The notes under the pieces: model-generated
Database searches by the model: none
What the model saw: only the letters and a program-made list of their open reading frames with translations
What the model was told of the DNA's origin: nothing
Source: a virus
Taxonomy: Duplodnaviria; Caudoviricetes
IMG/VR virus record: IMGVR_UViG_3300049167_000236
Coordinates: 1 to 54,669 of that record
Length of the DNA stretch: 54,669 nt
Reading direction: 5' to 3' (one strand)
Shown: in pieces, positions 43,198 through 53,064 of the stretch
How the letters are laid out: every line of letters begins with the position of its first letter
How positions within the stretch are numbered: the stretch's first letter is position 1
Program-made: the position numbers and the translations under genes

Positions 43198-43835
43198 TGG
43201 CCGGCCTACTTACCCCGAACAACTCCGACGCGATCGTCGCACCGCCTCCTGAGCAACCGCTTGACGAGCCTGCAGAGGCGATCGTCGGCGACGATCTGGA
43301 CGAGGCTGAGCCTAACGTCTCGCAAGAAGATCAGTTGGCTTACGAGACGTTCGTAACTTCCGGCATGAAGTTGTTGTACGAAGGCGGAAAGCCGCGCCCA
43401 GGCATCCTTGCGATGCTCGACGAAGACCCGTCCGACTTGATCGCAGCGCTCGGCGAACAGCCAGAGCTTACTGCCGAAGCGTTCGGGCCGGCCGTTGCGC
43501 TCGGTGCGACCACGGCGGTCACGGTTCTCGAGGTGGTTCGCCGCAACCCGGAAGAGGCTGCCGTCGAGGGTGTCCTGATCCACGGCGGCACCGCCATCCT
43601 GGAGGACATCGCTGACCTGGCACAGACTGCGGGTATCCATGAATACACGCCGGAGGAAGTAAACAACGCGCTGCTGATCGCACTGCAGTTCTACACCGAA
43701 GCGGCGCAGGCTGAGGGTCTTTACGATCCCGAGACCGCCCAAGCCGATTTGGCGGAGATGCAAAGCGCCGACCAGGAAGGGCGGCTGTTCGACATGATCC
43801 CGCAGCTCAAGCAGTTTTCTGGAGGCGAGCGGTGA
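43197..43835 (+). CDS. Acidic hypothetical protein (ejection module)
   Basis: GGAGG RBS, TGATG coupling. Confidence 0.65.
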   Translation: MAGLLTPNNSDAIVAPPPEQPLDEPAEAIVGDDLDEAEPNVSQEDQLAYETFVTSGMKLLYEGGKPRPGILAMLDEDPSDLIAALGEQPELTAEAFGPAVALGATTAVTVLEVVRRNPEEAAVEGVLIHGGTAILEDIADLAQTAGIHEYTPEEVNNALLIALQFYTEAAQAEGLYDPETAQADLAEMQSADQEGRLFDMIPQLKQFSGGER

Positions 43836-44605
43836 GCACAGCGCGAAAGGTACTCGGCGGGCTGCTGTCCGGCGTTGGCGTTGGCCTTGAGAAAGGCGCC
43901 CTCGCTGACATGGAAGAGCGGCGCCGTGCTGCGGAAGAAGCGCGGCAGTTGGCTCTACTCGATCGTCAGGCGGCGCTCGCCGTCGCACAGCGCACTTGGG
44001 AAGAAACGAAGCTCGAGCGGGGCTTCACCCACGACAAGGAAATGGTCGAGACACGCGCGGCCGCAGCCGTAGCGCAGAAGGCCGGCGAGCTTGAAGTGAC
44101 GGAGCCGTTCAAGGAGCGCGAGTCCAAGCGCACCACTGAGCAGAACCTAACGCTGGAGCGTGAGCGGGCGGCACTGAAGCGCACCCAGGACCGCATCGAC
44201 TTCCTTCAGGACAAGGCGCTCAAGTCGCAGGATCATGCGCAGGCGACATCACTGACGCTGCTGAAAGAGAAGTTGGCGGACGGCAACATCACCAGCATCC
44301 GCGAAATGGACGATGGGACGGTCGTCGGCATCACTCCAAGCGGCAAGGTTTTCGAGCCGACCACGAGCGACGGGCGCCGGGTGACCGCTAAACCGACAGC
44401 AGCGTCGGGCGGGAGTGATCTGGACGCTCTGCTTGGCGGTACCGGCCCGGCAGCAAGCGCCGCTCCGGCCACCACCAGCGCCCCGGCTACGGGCAGTAAG
44501 ACCATGACGCCGGAAGACATCGCCGCAACAGCTGAGGCGCGTGGTATCTCCAAGGCTTCGGCGCAGCGCATACTGGAGCAGCTCGGCTACAGGCTGGCGA
44601 GCTAA
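43832..44605 (+). CDS. Putative ejection protein
   Basis: Gly-rich N-terminus then coiled coil. Confidence 0.6.
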   Translation: MSTARKVLGGLLSGVGVGLEKGALADMEERRRAAEEARQLALLDRQAALAVAQRTWEETKLERGFTHDKEMVETRAAAAVAQKAGELEVTEPFKERESKRTTEQNLTLERERAALKRTQDRIDFLQDKALKSQDHAQATSLTLLKEKLADGNITSIREMDDGTVVGITPSGKVFEPTTSDGRRVTAKPTAASGGSDLDALLGGTGPAASAAPATTSAPATGSKTMTPEDIAATAEARGISKASAQRILEQLGYRLAS

Positions 44606-44606
44606 C

Positions 44607-47600
44607 GTGGCCGGCCGTGACCTGCTGGCAGGGACCAGCGCCGCCGACTTGCGTCGCTTCACCCCAGGGCGCGACTTGCTGGCGGGGGCTTCTGCGGAGG
44701 AACTGCGCCGGGCTGCTGCTGAACTTGAGGAAGAAGCGCGACGTGAACGCGCGCGTGCCGAGAACATCCGGCGCGGGGGCCTCAATCAGCCTGCAATGGC
44801 CGATGCCGGCGGACTCACGGTCACGGCGGCCACACCCACGGCCGCTGACGCACAGGTTCGCCGAGGGCTTGGCATCCAGACGCCGCCAGCACGTCGCCAG
44901 CCCCCGCCAGCGGAAACGACCGAGCGCCTGGGCCTCGATCGGGCTCCGCAAGCGGACATCGTAGAAGCGCGGCGGGATATCGAGGCCGACAAGCCGAAGT
45001 ACCAATCGTTCGGCAGTGCAATTCTCGCCGGGCTCGACGACCTTGGCATGCTGACATCGTCGGCTTTCGAAGCAGTTGGCGAGGTGATGGGTGCTGATGC
45101 GTTGGCGAGCGCTGGCCGACGCGGGCGTGAAGATTTCTCGGAAGCCGCTGTGGCGCATGGGCCTCGCGGCTCATTTTCCGACATCGAGACGGTAGGCGAT
45201 GCGCTCGCGTGGGCGCGGCAGGGCGCGGGCAACCTCATACCCGTGATGATTCCCGGCATCGCAGGCGGTGCTGCTGGCGCTGTCGGCGGGACGATCGGGG
45301 CTGTGGCTGGCGCATTTGTGCCGAGCGCTGCGCTTGGCGTGGGCGAAGTGCAGGCCGGGATGAAAGAGAAGGATCCGGACGCCGAGGCCGATGGATGGGT
45401 CTTTGCTGGGGGCACGGCCATTGGCGCGCTCGATAGCCTGCTGCCTGGCCAGATCGGCGGCAAACTGCTCGGTAAGTTCGGACGTGAAGCGGCGGAAGAG
45501 ATTGCCCTTCGCGCCATGCTCCGGCCAGCCACTCGAACAATGGTCGAGGGTGGCAAGGGCGCGGCCCTGGAAGGGCTGACCGAATCCCTGCAAGAAGCGA
45601 TCGGCGAAGTTACCGCCTCGCTGGCGGCCGAGAAGAAGATCAATTGGGAGGCGCTGCCCGAGCAGATGCTGGAGGCCGGTGCGCTAGGCGCCCTGATGGG
45701 CGGCGGCATTGGCGCAGCAACCGGGGCTGTCGAAGGTGTGAGCGACAGCCGTTCTCAGGCGGCAACGCAGCGCGCCGAGCAGATCGGCGTCAATCAGGAA
45801 GCGATGTTGCGCATGGACCCGGATACGGTCCCCAGCGTCATCAACCCCGCGCGCCCTGCTCGGCAGGCTCCTGGCCTTGTCGAAACGGCGCGCGCACCGG
45901 CTGCAACACCTGAAGATATCGCAAGCCCTATCCCGACCAGCTTCATCGAGGCCGGGCGCCAGGCTATCGCAACGGGACAAGCGCGTTCCGCCGCTGATGG
46001 CATGCTGCAGGAGAACGGCCTGCCTTACACCGGCAGCCGCGTTTCGGTGACGATCGGCGATTCCGTCGTCGAAGGTACGATCGAGGACGCCTTCACCGAG
46101 ACGGACGCCGAACTTGGCGAAATCCGCGGTGTGAAGATCAGGCTCGCCGATGGCCGGCTGATGAGCGAGTCCTTCGCCGACCTGGCTGATGCAGGTGTGC
46201 AGATCGCCGCTGTCACCGAATCCCTGCCCGCCCCTTCGTCAGCAGGGACCGCGCCGCCGTCGGGAGGAACTGCGGGTGTTCCCTCACCCGTTGCCGATGG
46301 TGGCGCGGACTTCGACCTCGCCGGCTACATGGCGAAGAACCGCGCTGCCGAGAGCGGCGGCAACGACGCGGCCAAGGCTGCGACGTCCAGCGCGACCGGC
46401 CGCTACCAGTTCACAAAGGGCACTTGGCTGGACACCTATCGCAGGACGTTCGGCGATACCGGCGAGGGTGAGGCGCAGATCCTCGCCAAGCGGCTCGACG
46501 GCGCCACGCAGGATCGCGTCATGGAGACGCTGACCCGCGACAACGTGGAAGCCGTGGAGCGCGCCGGCGCAGAAGCGACGGACGGCAACGTCTACCTGGC
46601 ACACTTCCTTGGCCAGGGTGGTGCGGCGTCGGTGCTTCGCGCGGATCCGAACACGCCTGTCTCTGAACTACTGACCCCGGCGCAGATCAACGCCAACAAG
46701 TCGATCCTCCAGGGCAAGACCGCCGGCGACGTGATCGCTTGGGCCGCCCGCAAGATGGGCGTAGCGGCGCCGACGCCCGGTCAAGCGACCGAAGAGGCCG
46801 CGCCGATCGTTCCGCCCGAGCAGCCCGACTATTCGTGGATGGAATCGGAGCCGGCCAACGCCGAGCCTTCCGATGTACCGGCTGAACCTGAGGGGCCGTC
46901 TCCCTTTGCTGGCGTGCGCGGGGAGATTGAGCGGCAGTTGGCGCAGGAGCCGGTGGCTGCGACCGTCCCTCAAGAGGATGCACCTGACGAAGGCCTTGGG
47001 CCCGCCTCTGTTCTAGACTTCCAGCCTCCGCAGGGTGAGCCGGGCGTGACCGTAGCAGTCGAGGACGGCGAGTTGGCTACGGCTGTCTTCCGTGACGCCG
47101 ACGGCCGGGCGCAGGGTGTGGTGCAACTTCCACTGACGCCTGCAGCGCGCGAGATGACCGGAGGCGTGTCATCGTTCGTCCGACCGCAGTTCCGGCGGCA
47201 GGGGGTCGCGACGCGACTATACGATGCACTACGAGATGCAGGGCACCCGATCGATGTCGAAAGTGGATCCAGCGACCTCACTCCTGCGGGCGCTGCATTC
47301 GTCAACGCTCGGCGGGGAGTCGGTTTGCGCGACACGCCATCTGGCGATACACGAGCCCGCCTTGAGCCCACCGCCCGTGGCGTTGCGCTGATCGATGCCA
47401 CCGACACCCAAATCGCCGCGATCCGCGCCGCGGGCATTAAGGTGCCCCCTGCTCGTAAGAGTGATGGCGCCCGCGTGTTCAGCGCCCAGGCTGCTGAGGC
47501 CGTGCGCTCAGTGATTGAAGCGCCGGCTACCCCCACTCCAGAACCCGCGCCTGCCTCTCCCCTGGCGGCGGCACCTGGCGGCGGGGGTTTGACCGCTCCC

Positions 47601-50600
47601 GCCGCCCCTTCTTCCAGCGCGCAGGACATGCTCACCTTCATCGCGCGGAACGGCGGTATCTCGCTCGACGGCTTGAATGAGCAGGGACGCAAGGCTGGCA
47701 CCCTTGGCCACGACTTAGGCAACAGCGGCGCAATCCCGCGTTTCGTGCCTCGCGCCGGTGCGGTGCTGAAGAAGAACGGCCGCTCGCTCGACGAGATGGG
47801 CGAGCTACTGTGGGACGCGGGCTATTTCGGCCCGCCCGCCACTACCCCGAGACCGACGGACGGCGAGATCATCAACCTGCTCGATGAGCTCGGCCGCACC
47901 AAGCAGAAGCGCTATTCGTTCTTTGACCAGGCACCCGAAGCCCGGGTCGATCCCGCCGAATATGCAGAGCCGGCGAACGACAACGCCGACCTGATTGCGA
48001 CCATGCGCGCATGGCTGCCGGAAGCTGCCGAACAGGCGCCGGAGGTGCTTGAGTACGCCGCCGATCTGGCGGTCGAGCAACAGATGCCGATCGAGCAAGC
48101 CCTGGCAATTGCCGTCGGCCGCTACGTCGATGCCACCATCGAGACGATGATTGAGGAAAACCCGGATGGCGGGTATGGAGGCCTGGATGAATACCCCCAA
48201 CTCGGAATCGAAGATCGACCATCTGCGGCGGGCGGCGCTGGATTCGAAGCTGTCGGAGGAGACGCGCAAGCGAGCGTCGATCGGGGCGGCGATGATCGAG
48301 CGGCTCGAGGCGAACAAGACGAACCCGCCGGGCTAGATCGCGGCGAGGCGGTCGACCCCGCCATTGCTGATCGCCAGCGCCAGGTAGCGCAACTGCGCGC
48401 CGAGGCTCCTATGCGGGCGCGCGAGGAGCAGGATGGCACGATGGGCTTGGGCCTGTTCGATGCCAACGATCAGCCGGACCTGCTGTCCGGAACGACGCGC
48501 AACCGGCGAGCATCTGGCGTCGTGGATGCCGACGCGCCAAGTGCCGAAGCCACCAAGACCGCCCTCCGTGCTCGCCTCGCTGAGATCGGGCTCGACCGCT
48601 CCGTGGCGATCGACTTCCTGGAAACGATCTTCGCTGGCGATGACGACATTGCTGGCACTTACCGGAACGCCGCCATCACGGTGGCGATGAACGCACGCCA
48701 AGACGCGATGTTCACGCTGAACCACGAGGCCATTCATGCGCTGAAGGACCTGCGGCTGATCAAGCCGGCGGAATGGTCTGCACTTCGCAAGGCAGTGGTG
48801 GCCGATCGCCCTCTGATGGCCGATGTTGAGCGGCGCTATCCTGACCTGGATCGCGAGGCGCAGATTGAGGAAGCCGTTGCCGATCGCTTTGCTGCATGGG
48901 CGGCCGAGCGGGCGCAGGAGCGTGGCTTTATCGCCGCGGCGTTCCAGCGCATCCGTAATGTGCTCGATGCACTGCGGGACGCGCTGGGCGGATTTCCGAG
49001 CGCTGACTCTGTGTTCCGCGCGATCGAGGCTGGCCGCATCGGCAGGCGAGCGCAGGCACCGGCGAACGCTCAGACCAAGGAAAGCCGTCCTGGCAGCATC
49101 CTGGCCCGCAACGCCGCGCCTAATCCCGACACGATCGCCACAATCACTGAGGCCGCCCGCAAACTAGTCGGCAATTCCGGCGGCACCCGCGCGAAGATCG
49201 GCGCCGCCCTCGATGATTGGCGCACCGCGGCGCAAGACCGGATGCTTCCACTGCTGCGGGCTCAGGCAACGGTCGAGAAGGCAATAGGCCGCCCCCTTGC
49301 TGACCACGAGAACCCGTACCGCGCCGAGGAACTGATGAGCGGCAAGGTCGGTGCACAGCTGGAGAAGCTGGCCGAACGCTACGTAGAGCCGCTGTTCGAG
49401 GCGTTGCGCGAGACCAGCATCACCGTCGATGAGCTGGAATCGTTTCTCTACGCTCGCCACGCGCCCGAGCGGAACGCGCAGATTGCCCGGATCAATCCCG
49501 GTTTCGCGCCAGGCGAAGGCTCCGGCATGTCTGACATCCAGGCCGCCGCCATCCTGCGTCGCCTCGAGCGTAGCGGCCGGCGGGCGGACTTCGATCGGGT
49601 GGCGGCATTCGTCGACGGGATGCGCGACGAGACGCAGCGGATTCGGGTCGAGACAGGGCTGATCAGCCAGGAGCAGGCTGACGAATGGACCGCGCTCTAT
49701 CCCAACTACGTCCCCCTGCGCGGCATGTCCGAATTGGTTGAAGGTGAACGCCCACGGCAAGGCCAAGGCATCAGCGTTCGGGGCAAGGAATCGAAGCGCG
49801 CTTTCGGACGCCGGTCCATGGCCGAAGACATCCTCGCCTATTCGATCATGCAGGCCGAGGAAGCGATCATTCGCGGGCACAAGAACGAGGTGGCGCAACA
49901 GTTCTATTCCCTCGCCGAGGCGGCACCGGACGAGGACTTCTGGACGCTCAACAAGATAACTGAGACCCGGAAGATCGACGAGGACACGGGGTTGGTGAAG
50001 TACGTCGCCAACAACCAGATGACCGCCGAGGACGCGCCTTTCACGGTCTCACTCAAGATCGAGGGCAAGGAGCGTCGGGTGACGCTGAACCGTGCCAATC
50101 CCGAAGCCGTCCGTGTGGCTGAGACGATGCGCCGGCTGAACGAGCCTGAGATTGCCTTCCTCACGAAAGTGGGCCTGACGATCAATCGCTGGCTCTCGAT
50201 GGCGAACACGAGCCTCAACCCGGAATTCGTGATCACGAACGCCTTCCGCGATCTGCAGACCGCGCTCGTCAACGTCACGGAATTCGACGTCGACGGGATG
50301 CGGCGCGGCATCATGCGCGACTATCTGCCCGCGCTGAAGGGCTCGGCAAAGGGCATGTTCGGCCGGACCGATGGCGAGTGGGGTCGCTGGTTCCGCGAGT
50401 TCACCGACGAAGGCGGCCGGGTATATTACAACCAGGTCCAGAGCGTCGACGAGTTGCGCGCCGACATCGAGAAGCGCTTCGCCAAGATGCAGCGGCAGAG
50501 CGGCGCGCTCGCGGCGACACCCAAGGAAATGGCGCTGCAAGCCAAGGGCGCGATCGAAGCGGTCTACGGCTACATCGACCGGGTAAACTCCGGCGTCGAG

Positions 50601-51848
50601 AACGCCATTCGCCTCGCCGCTTACAAGAACGCGCGCGAGGCTGGCATGAGCAAGCCCGCCGCCGCGTCCCTGGCCAAGAACCTGACCGTCAACTTCAACC
50701 GCCGCGGCTCGCGCGGCACGGTCATCAATGCCCTGTACCTGTTCTACAACGCCTCGGTTCAGGGCTCCTTCCGCATCCTGACGGCCATGAAGCACAAGAA
50801 GGTTCGTCAGCTGGCCTATGGGATGGTTGCGACGGGCGCCGCGCTCGAGATGCTGAACATGATGGCCAGCGGCACCGACGACGATGACGAGCTGTTCTAC
50901 GACAAGATCAGCGACTTCGATAAGTCGCGGAACCTGATCATCATGGAGCCGGGCAGCTCGCGCTACATCAAGATCCCGCTGCCCTACGGCTTCAACGCCT
51001 TCTACGCTGCCGGCCGCGCTGTCGTAGAGGCTGGGCGCGGCAAGCGCTCGAAGGCCGCTGTTTTCGGCGACCTGTTCACCACCGTGGCCGATGCCTTCAA
51101 CCCGATCGGCGGCTCCGGCAACATCCTGAACATCATCGCGCCGACTGTCGTAGACCCCGCCGTCGACCTGGTGTTGAACCGGGATTACGCGGATCGCCCG
51201 ATCAAGCCGGACCAGAGCCAGTACGGCCCCGAGGTTCCCGATGCGCAGCGCTATTGGGGCTCGGTCGGACCGCTATGGCAGAACATCACCGATGGGCTGA
51301 CCAAACTGACCGGCGGAGACGAGGTGGTCGCTGGCGGCGTCGACGTCAGCCCTGAGACGCTCGAGTATATGTTCGGCGTTGTGGCCGGCGCCGCTGGTTC
51401 GTTCATCGACCGCTCGGCCGGCTCAGTCTGGAAGCTGATCGACGGCGATCCCGAGACAATGGTGACGCTCAACGACGTGCCCTTCGCGCGCAAGATCATC
51501 GGCACCACTCCCGACTGGTACGACAAGTCGGCATTCTACACCCGCCTCGACACGATCGATCAGACGGTCGCCGAGACGAAGCAGTACCTGGAGGGCGGCA
51601 ACATCGAAGGCGCGCGAGCCTATGCCCAGGAGAACGCGACGATCCTCGGTCTGCGCGACGAAGCCAAGGTGGTGCGCAAGGAAATGAAGGACGTGAAGGC
51701 CCTGCGCTCTCAGCTTGAGGTGGCGCATAAGGACGGGCGGATTACGGACGATCAAATGGCCGACGGCAAGGCGAAGCTGGCGGAGCGCGAGACGCGCGCG
51801 ATCACGGCGATGAACAAGCTGTGGAACGGGTATGTAGGGGTGGATTAG
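44607..51848 (+). CDS. Large polyvalent ejection protein (2413 aa): lysozyme/SLT-like, GNAT, zincin-like and LPD38-like domains
   Basis: AAESGG...SSATGRYQF..GTW...YLAHFLG; VRPQFRRQGVATRLY; NHEAIH; LTVNFNRRG...LYLFYNA and YIKIPLPYGF. Confidence 0.82.
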   Translation: MAGRDLLAGTSAADLRRFTPGRDLLAGASAEELRRAAAELEEEARRERARAENIRRGGLNQPAMADAGGLTVTAATPTAADAQVRRGLGIQTPPARRQPPPAETTERLGLDRAPQADIVEARRDIEADKPKYQSFGSAILAGLDDLGMLTSSAFEAVGEVMGADALASAGRRGREDFSEAAVAHGPRGSFSDIETVGDALAWARQGAGNLIPVMIPGIAGGAAGAVGGTIGAVAGAFVPSAALGVGEVQAGMKEKDPDAEADGWVFAGGTAIGALDSLLPGQIGGKLLGKFGREAAEEIALRAMLRPATRTMVEGGKGAALEGLTESLQEAIGEVTASLAAEKKINWEALPEQMLEAGALGALMGGGIGAATGAVEGVSDSRSQAATQRAEQIGVNQEAMLRMDPDTVPSVINPARPARQAPGLVETARAPAATPEDIASPIPTSFIEAGRQAIATGQARSAADGMLQENGLPYTGSRVSVTIGDSVVEGTIEDAFTETDAELGEIRGVKIRLADGRLMSESFADLADAGVQIAAVTESLPAPSSAGTAPPSGGTAGVPSPVADGGADFDLAGYMAKNRAAESGGNDAAKAATSSATGRYQFTKGTWLDTYRRTFGDTGEGEAQILAKRLDGATQDRVMETLTRDNVEAVERAGAEATDGNVYLAHFLGQGGAASVLRADPNTPVSELLTPAQINANKSILQGKTAGDVIAWAARKMGVAAPTPGQATEEAAPIVPPEQPDYSWMESEPANAEPSDVPAEPEGPSPFAGVRGEIERQLAQEPVAATVPQEDAPDEGLGPASVLDFQPPQGEPGVTVAVEDGELATAVFRDADGRAQGVVQLPLTPAAREMTGGVSSFVRPQFRRQGVATRLYDALRDAGHPIDVESGSSDLTPAGAAFVNARRGVGLRDTPSGDTRARLEPTARGVALIDATDTQIAAIRAAGIKVPPARKSDGARVFSAQAAEAVRSVIEAPATPTPEPAPASPLAAAPGGGGLTAPAAPSSSAQDMLTFIARNGGISLDGLNEQGRKAGTLGHDLGNSGAIPRFVPRAGAVLKKNGRSLDEMGELLWDAGYFGPPATTPRPTDGEIINLLDELGRTKQKRYSFFDQAPEARVDPAEYAEPANDNADLIATMRAWLPEAAEQAPEVLEYAADLAVEQQMPIEQALAIAVGRYVDATIETMIEENPDGGYGGLDEYPQLGIEDRPSAAGGAGFEAVGGDAQASVDRGGDDRAARGEQDEPAGLDRGEAVDPAIADRQRQVAQLRAEAPMRAREEQDGTMGLGLFDANDQPDLLSGTTRNRRASGVVDADAPSAEATKTALRARLAEIGLDRSVAIDFLETIFAGDDDIAGTYRNAAITVAMNARQDAMFTLNHEAIHALKDLRLIKPAEWSALRKAVVADRPLMADVERRYPDLDREAQIEEAVADRFAAWAAERAQERGFIAAAFQRIRNVLDALRDALGGFPSADSVFRAIEAGRIGRRAQAPANAQTKESRPGSILARNAAPNPDTIATITEAARKLVGNSGGTRAKIGAALDDWRTAAQDRMLPLLRAQATVEKAIGRPLADHENPYRAEELMSGKVGAQLEKLAERYVEPLFEALRETSITVDELESFLYARHAPERNAQIARINPGFAPGEGSGMSDIQAAAILRRLERSGRRADFDRVAAFVDGMRDETQRIRVETGLISQEQADEWTALYPNYVPLRGMSELVEGERPRQGQGISVRGKESKRAFGRRSMAEDILAYSIMQAEEAIIRGHKNEVAQQFYSLAEAAPDEDFWTLNKITETRKIDEDTGLVKYVANNQMTAEDAPFTVSLKIEGKERRVTLNRANPEAVRVAETMRRLNEPEIAFLTKVGLTINRWLSMANTSLNPEFVITNAFRDLQTALVNVTEFDVDGMRRGIMRDYLPALKGSAKGMFGRTDGEWGRWFREFTDEGGRVYYNQVQSVDELRADIEKRFAKMQRQSGALAATPKEMALQAKGAIEAVYGYIDRVNSGVENAIRLAAYKNAREAGMSKPAAASLAKNLTVNFNRRGSRGTVINALYLFYNASVQGSFRILTAMKHKKVRQLAYGMVATGAALEMLNMMASGTDDDDELFYDKISDFDKSRNLIIMEPGSSRYIKIPLPYGFNAFYAAGRAVVEAGRGKRSKAAVFGDLFTTVADAFNPIGGSGNILNIIAPTVVDPAVDLVLNRDYADRPIKPDQSQYGPEVPDAQRYWGSVGPLWQNITDGLTKLTGGDEVVAGGVDVSPETLEYMFGVVAGAAGSFIDRSAGSVWKLIDGDPETMVTLNDVPFARKIIGTTPDWYDKSAFYTRLDTIDQTVAETKQYLEGGNIEGARAYAQENATILGLRDEAKVVRKEMKDVKALRSQLEVAHKDGRITDDQMADGKAKLAERETRAITAMNKLWNGYVGVD

Positions 51849-52201
51849 GGCACCCCGCTCCACGTCCCATCCGGATTTGGAACACACCGAGTCCCGTAGG
51901 CCCATGCTCCGTTCGGGCACATGATGCTGCGGGGTCGCTGAGCGGCGCTCTGGCGGTTGTCGATGATTACGGTCTGCGGCGCCGGGGGATTGGCCGCAAT
52001 GCCGGCAGCTGCTCCGACCAGCATGGCTCCAGCATCTCCGGCGAACTGTCGATCGCGCTCGCCCTTCCAGCAACTCTCGAAGGCTTCGGTGCCGGGCTGA
52101 TAGCCGGCCTTGTAGCAGATATTGCGGGCGCTTCCTGGCGCTCCCGTTGCGCAGCCTGCGATCAGAAGAGCCGCTCCAACCACCCAGATTACCCGCTTCA
52201 T
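51845..52201 (-). CDS. Lipoprotein moron (possible superinfection exclusion)
   Basis: MKRVIWVVGAALLIAG-C lipobox; C..AGYQPGTEAFESC; antisense to late genes. Confidence 0.72.
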   Translation of the reverse strand: MKRVIWVVGAALLIAGCATGAPGSARNICYKAGYQPGTEAFESCWKGERDRQFAGDAGAMLVGAAAGIAANPPAPQTVIIDNRQSAAQRPRSIMCPNGAWAYGTRCVPNPDGTWSGVP

Positions 52202-52265
52202 CAGCCCGCTCCCCCTCCCTGAGATTCGCCCGGCATACACCGGCGCGCCCTGGCACCAAACCGAC

Positions 52266-52293
52266 TTGCGCGGCCTCTCCGTAAAATCATAGC
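52266..52293 (+). promoter_or_regulatory. Putative late promoter, copy 5 (TTGCGC-N12-AAATCATAGC)
   Basis: Precedes lysis cassette. Confidence 0.7.
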
Positions 52294-52408
52294 CCTAGGT
52301 CTCTGCTGGGCACCCCCCCTGCCTCGCTCACCCGCTGGGGAGGTGTCTGTGCGTCTTGGTCAAGTACGTGTGTCGGGACCGCAGCAATGCTGATCGCGGG
52401 GGCTCGAT

Positions 52409-52813
52409 GTGCCTGACCGCTTCGGAACGATCATGACACCGACGGAACCGGTGGACGTGGCTCAGATGGCCATGATCGAATGCCTGCGCCAGATCGCCGA
52501 TGGCAACAAGAAATTAGGCACCGTTCTGGAGGGGATGCAGTCGGAGATCCGCGACGTTCGCGAGCGGCTTATTCGCATCGAGGCAAGCGAATTCAAGGCG
52601 GAGCTTACCTCGGCCAAGAATGAAATTGAGCGTCTCCGGAAGGAAGACCTCAAGGCCATGGACGCTCGGGTAGATGCCCTCGAGCTCGACAAAGGTCGCC
52701 GCGACGGGGTGATCAGCGCGTGGGACTGGCTGCTCAAAAGCTGGCCCGCGCTGGTCGGGTTCATTGGTCTGGTCGTGGCAGTGCTGCTGGCAAACGGAAG
52801 GATCAAGTTTTGA
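52409..52813 (+). CDS. Coiled-coil protein with C-terminal TM (lysis-associated)
   Basis: Heptad region and WPALVGFIGLVVAVLL; start uncertain. Confidence 0.65.
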   Translation: MPDRFGTIMTPTEPVDVAQMAMIECLRQIADGNKKLGTVLEGMQSEIRDVRERLIRIEASEFKAELTSAKNEIERLRKEDLKAMDARVDALELDKGRRDGVISAWDWLLKSWPALVGFIGLVVAVLLANGRIKF

Positions 52814-53064
52814 AACTGATCGAAGGAGCCCGCCAGTGGTGGCGGATGTGGAGCCAGCGCATCAACGCGCTCGGGCTCCTGATCTTGAGCTACATCGCGA
52901 TCGACCCGGTTTCCGTCCTGGTGGTCTGGAACATGATGCCCCCGGAGGTGCGAGCACGGGCTCCGGTCACCTTGGTCGCGTCGATCGGCGCCATCCTGTT
53001 TGGGCTGTCGATGCTGGCGCGCATGGTCCGCCAGCCCAAGTTGGAGAAGTCCGATGGGGGTTAA
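52810..53064 (+). CDS. Putative holin
   Basis: MKLIEGARQWWRMWS...two TM segments...RMVRQPKL; directly before lysozyme. Confidence 0.7.
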   Translation: MKLIEGARQWWRMWSQRINALGLLILSYIAIDPVSVLVVWNMMPPEVRARAPVTLVASIGAILFGLSMLARMVRQPKLEKSDGG

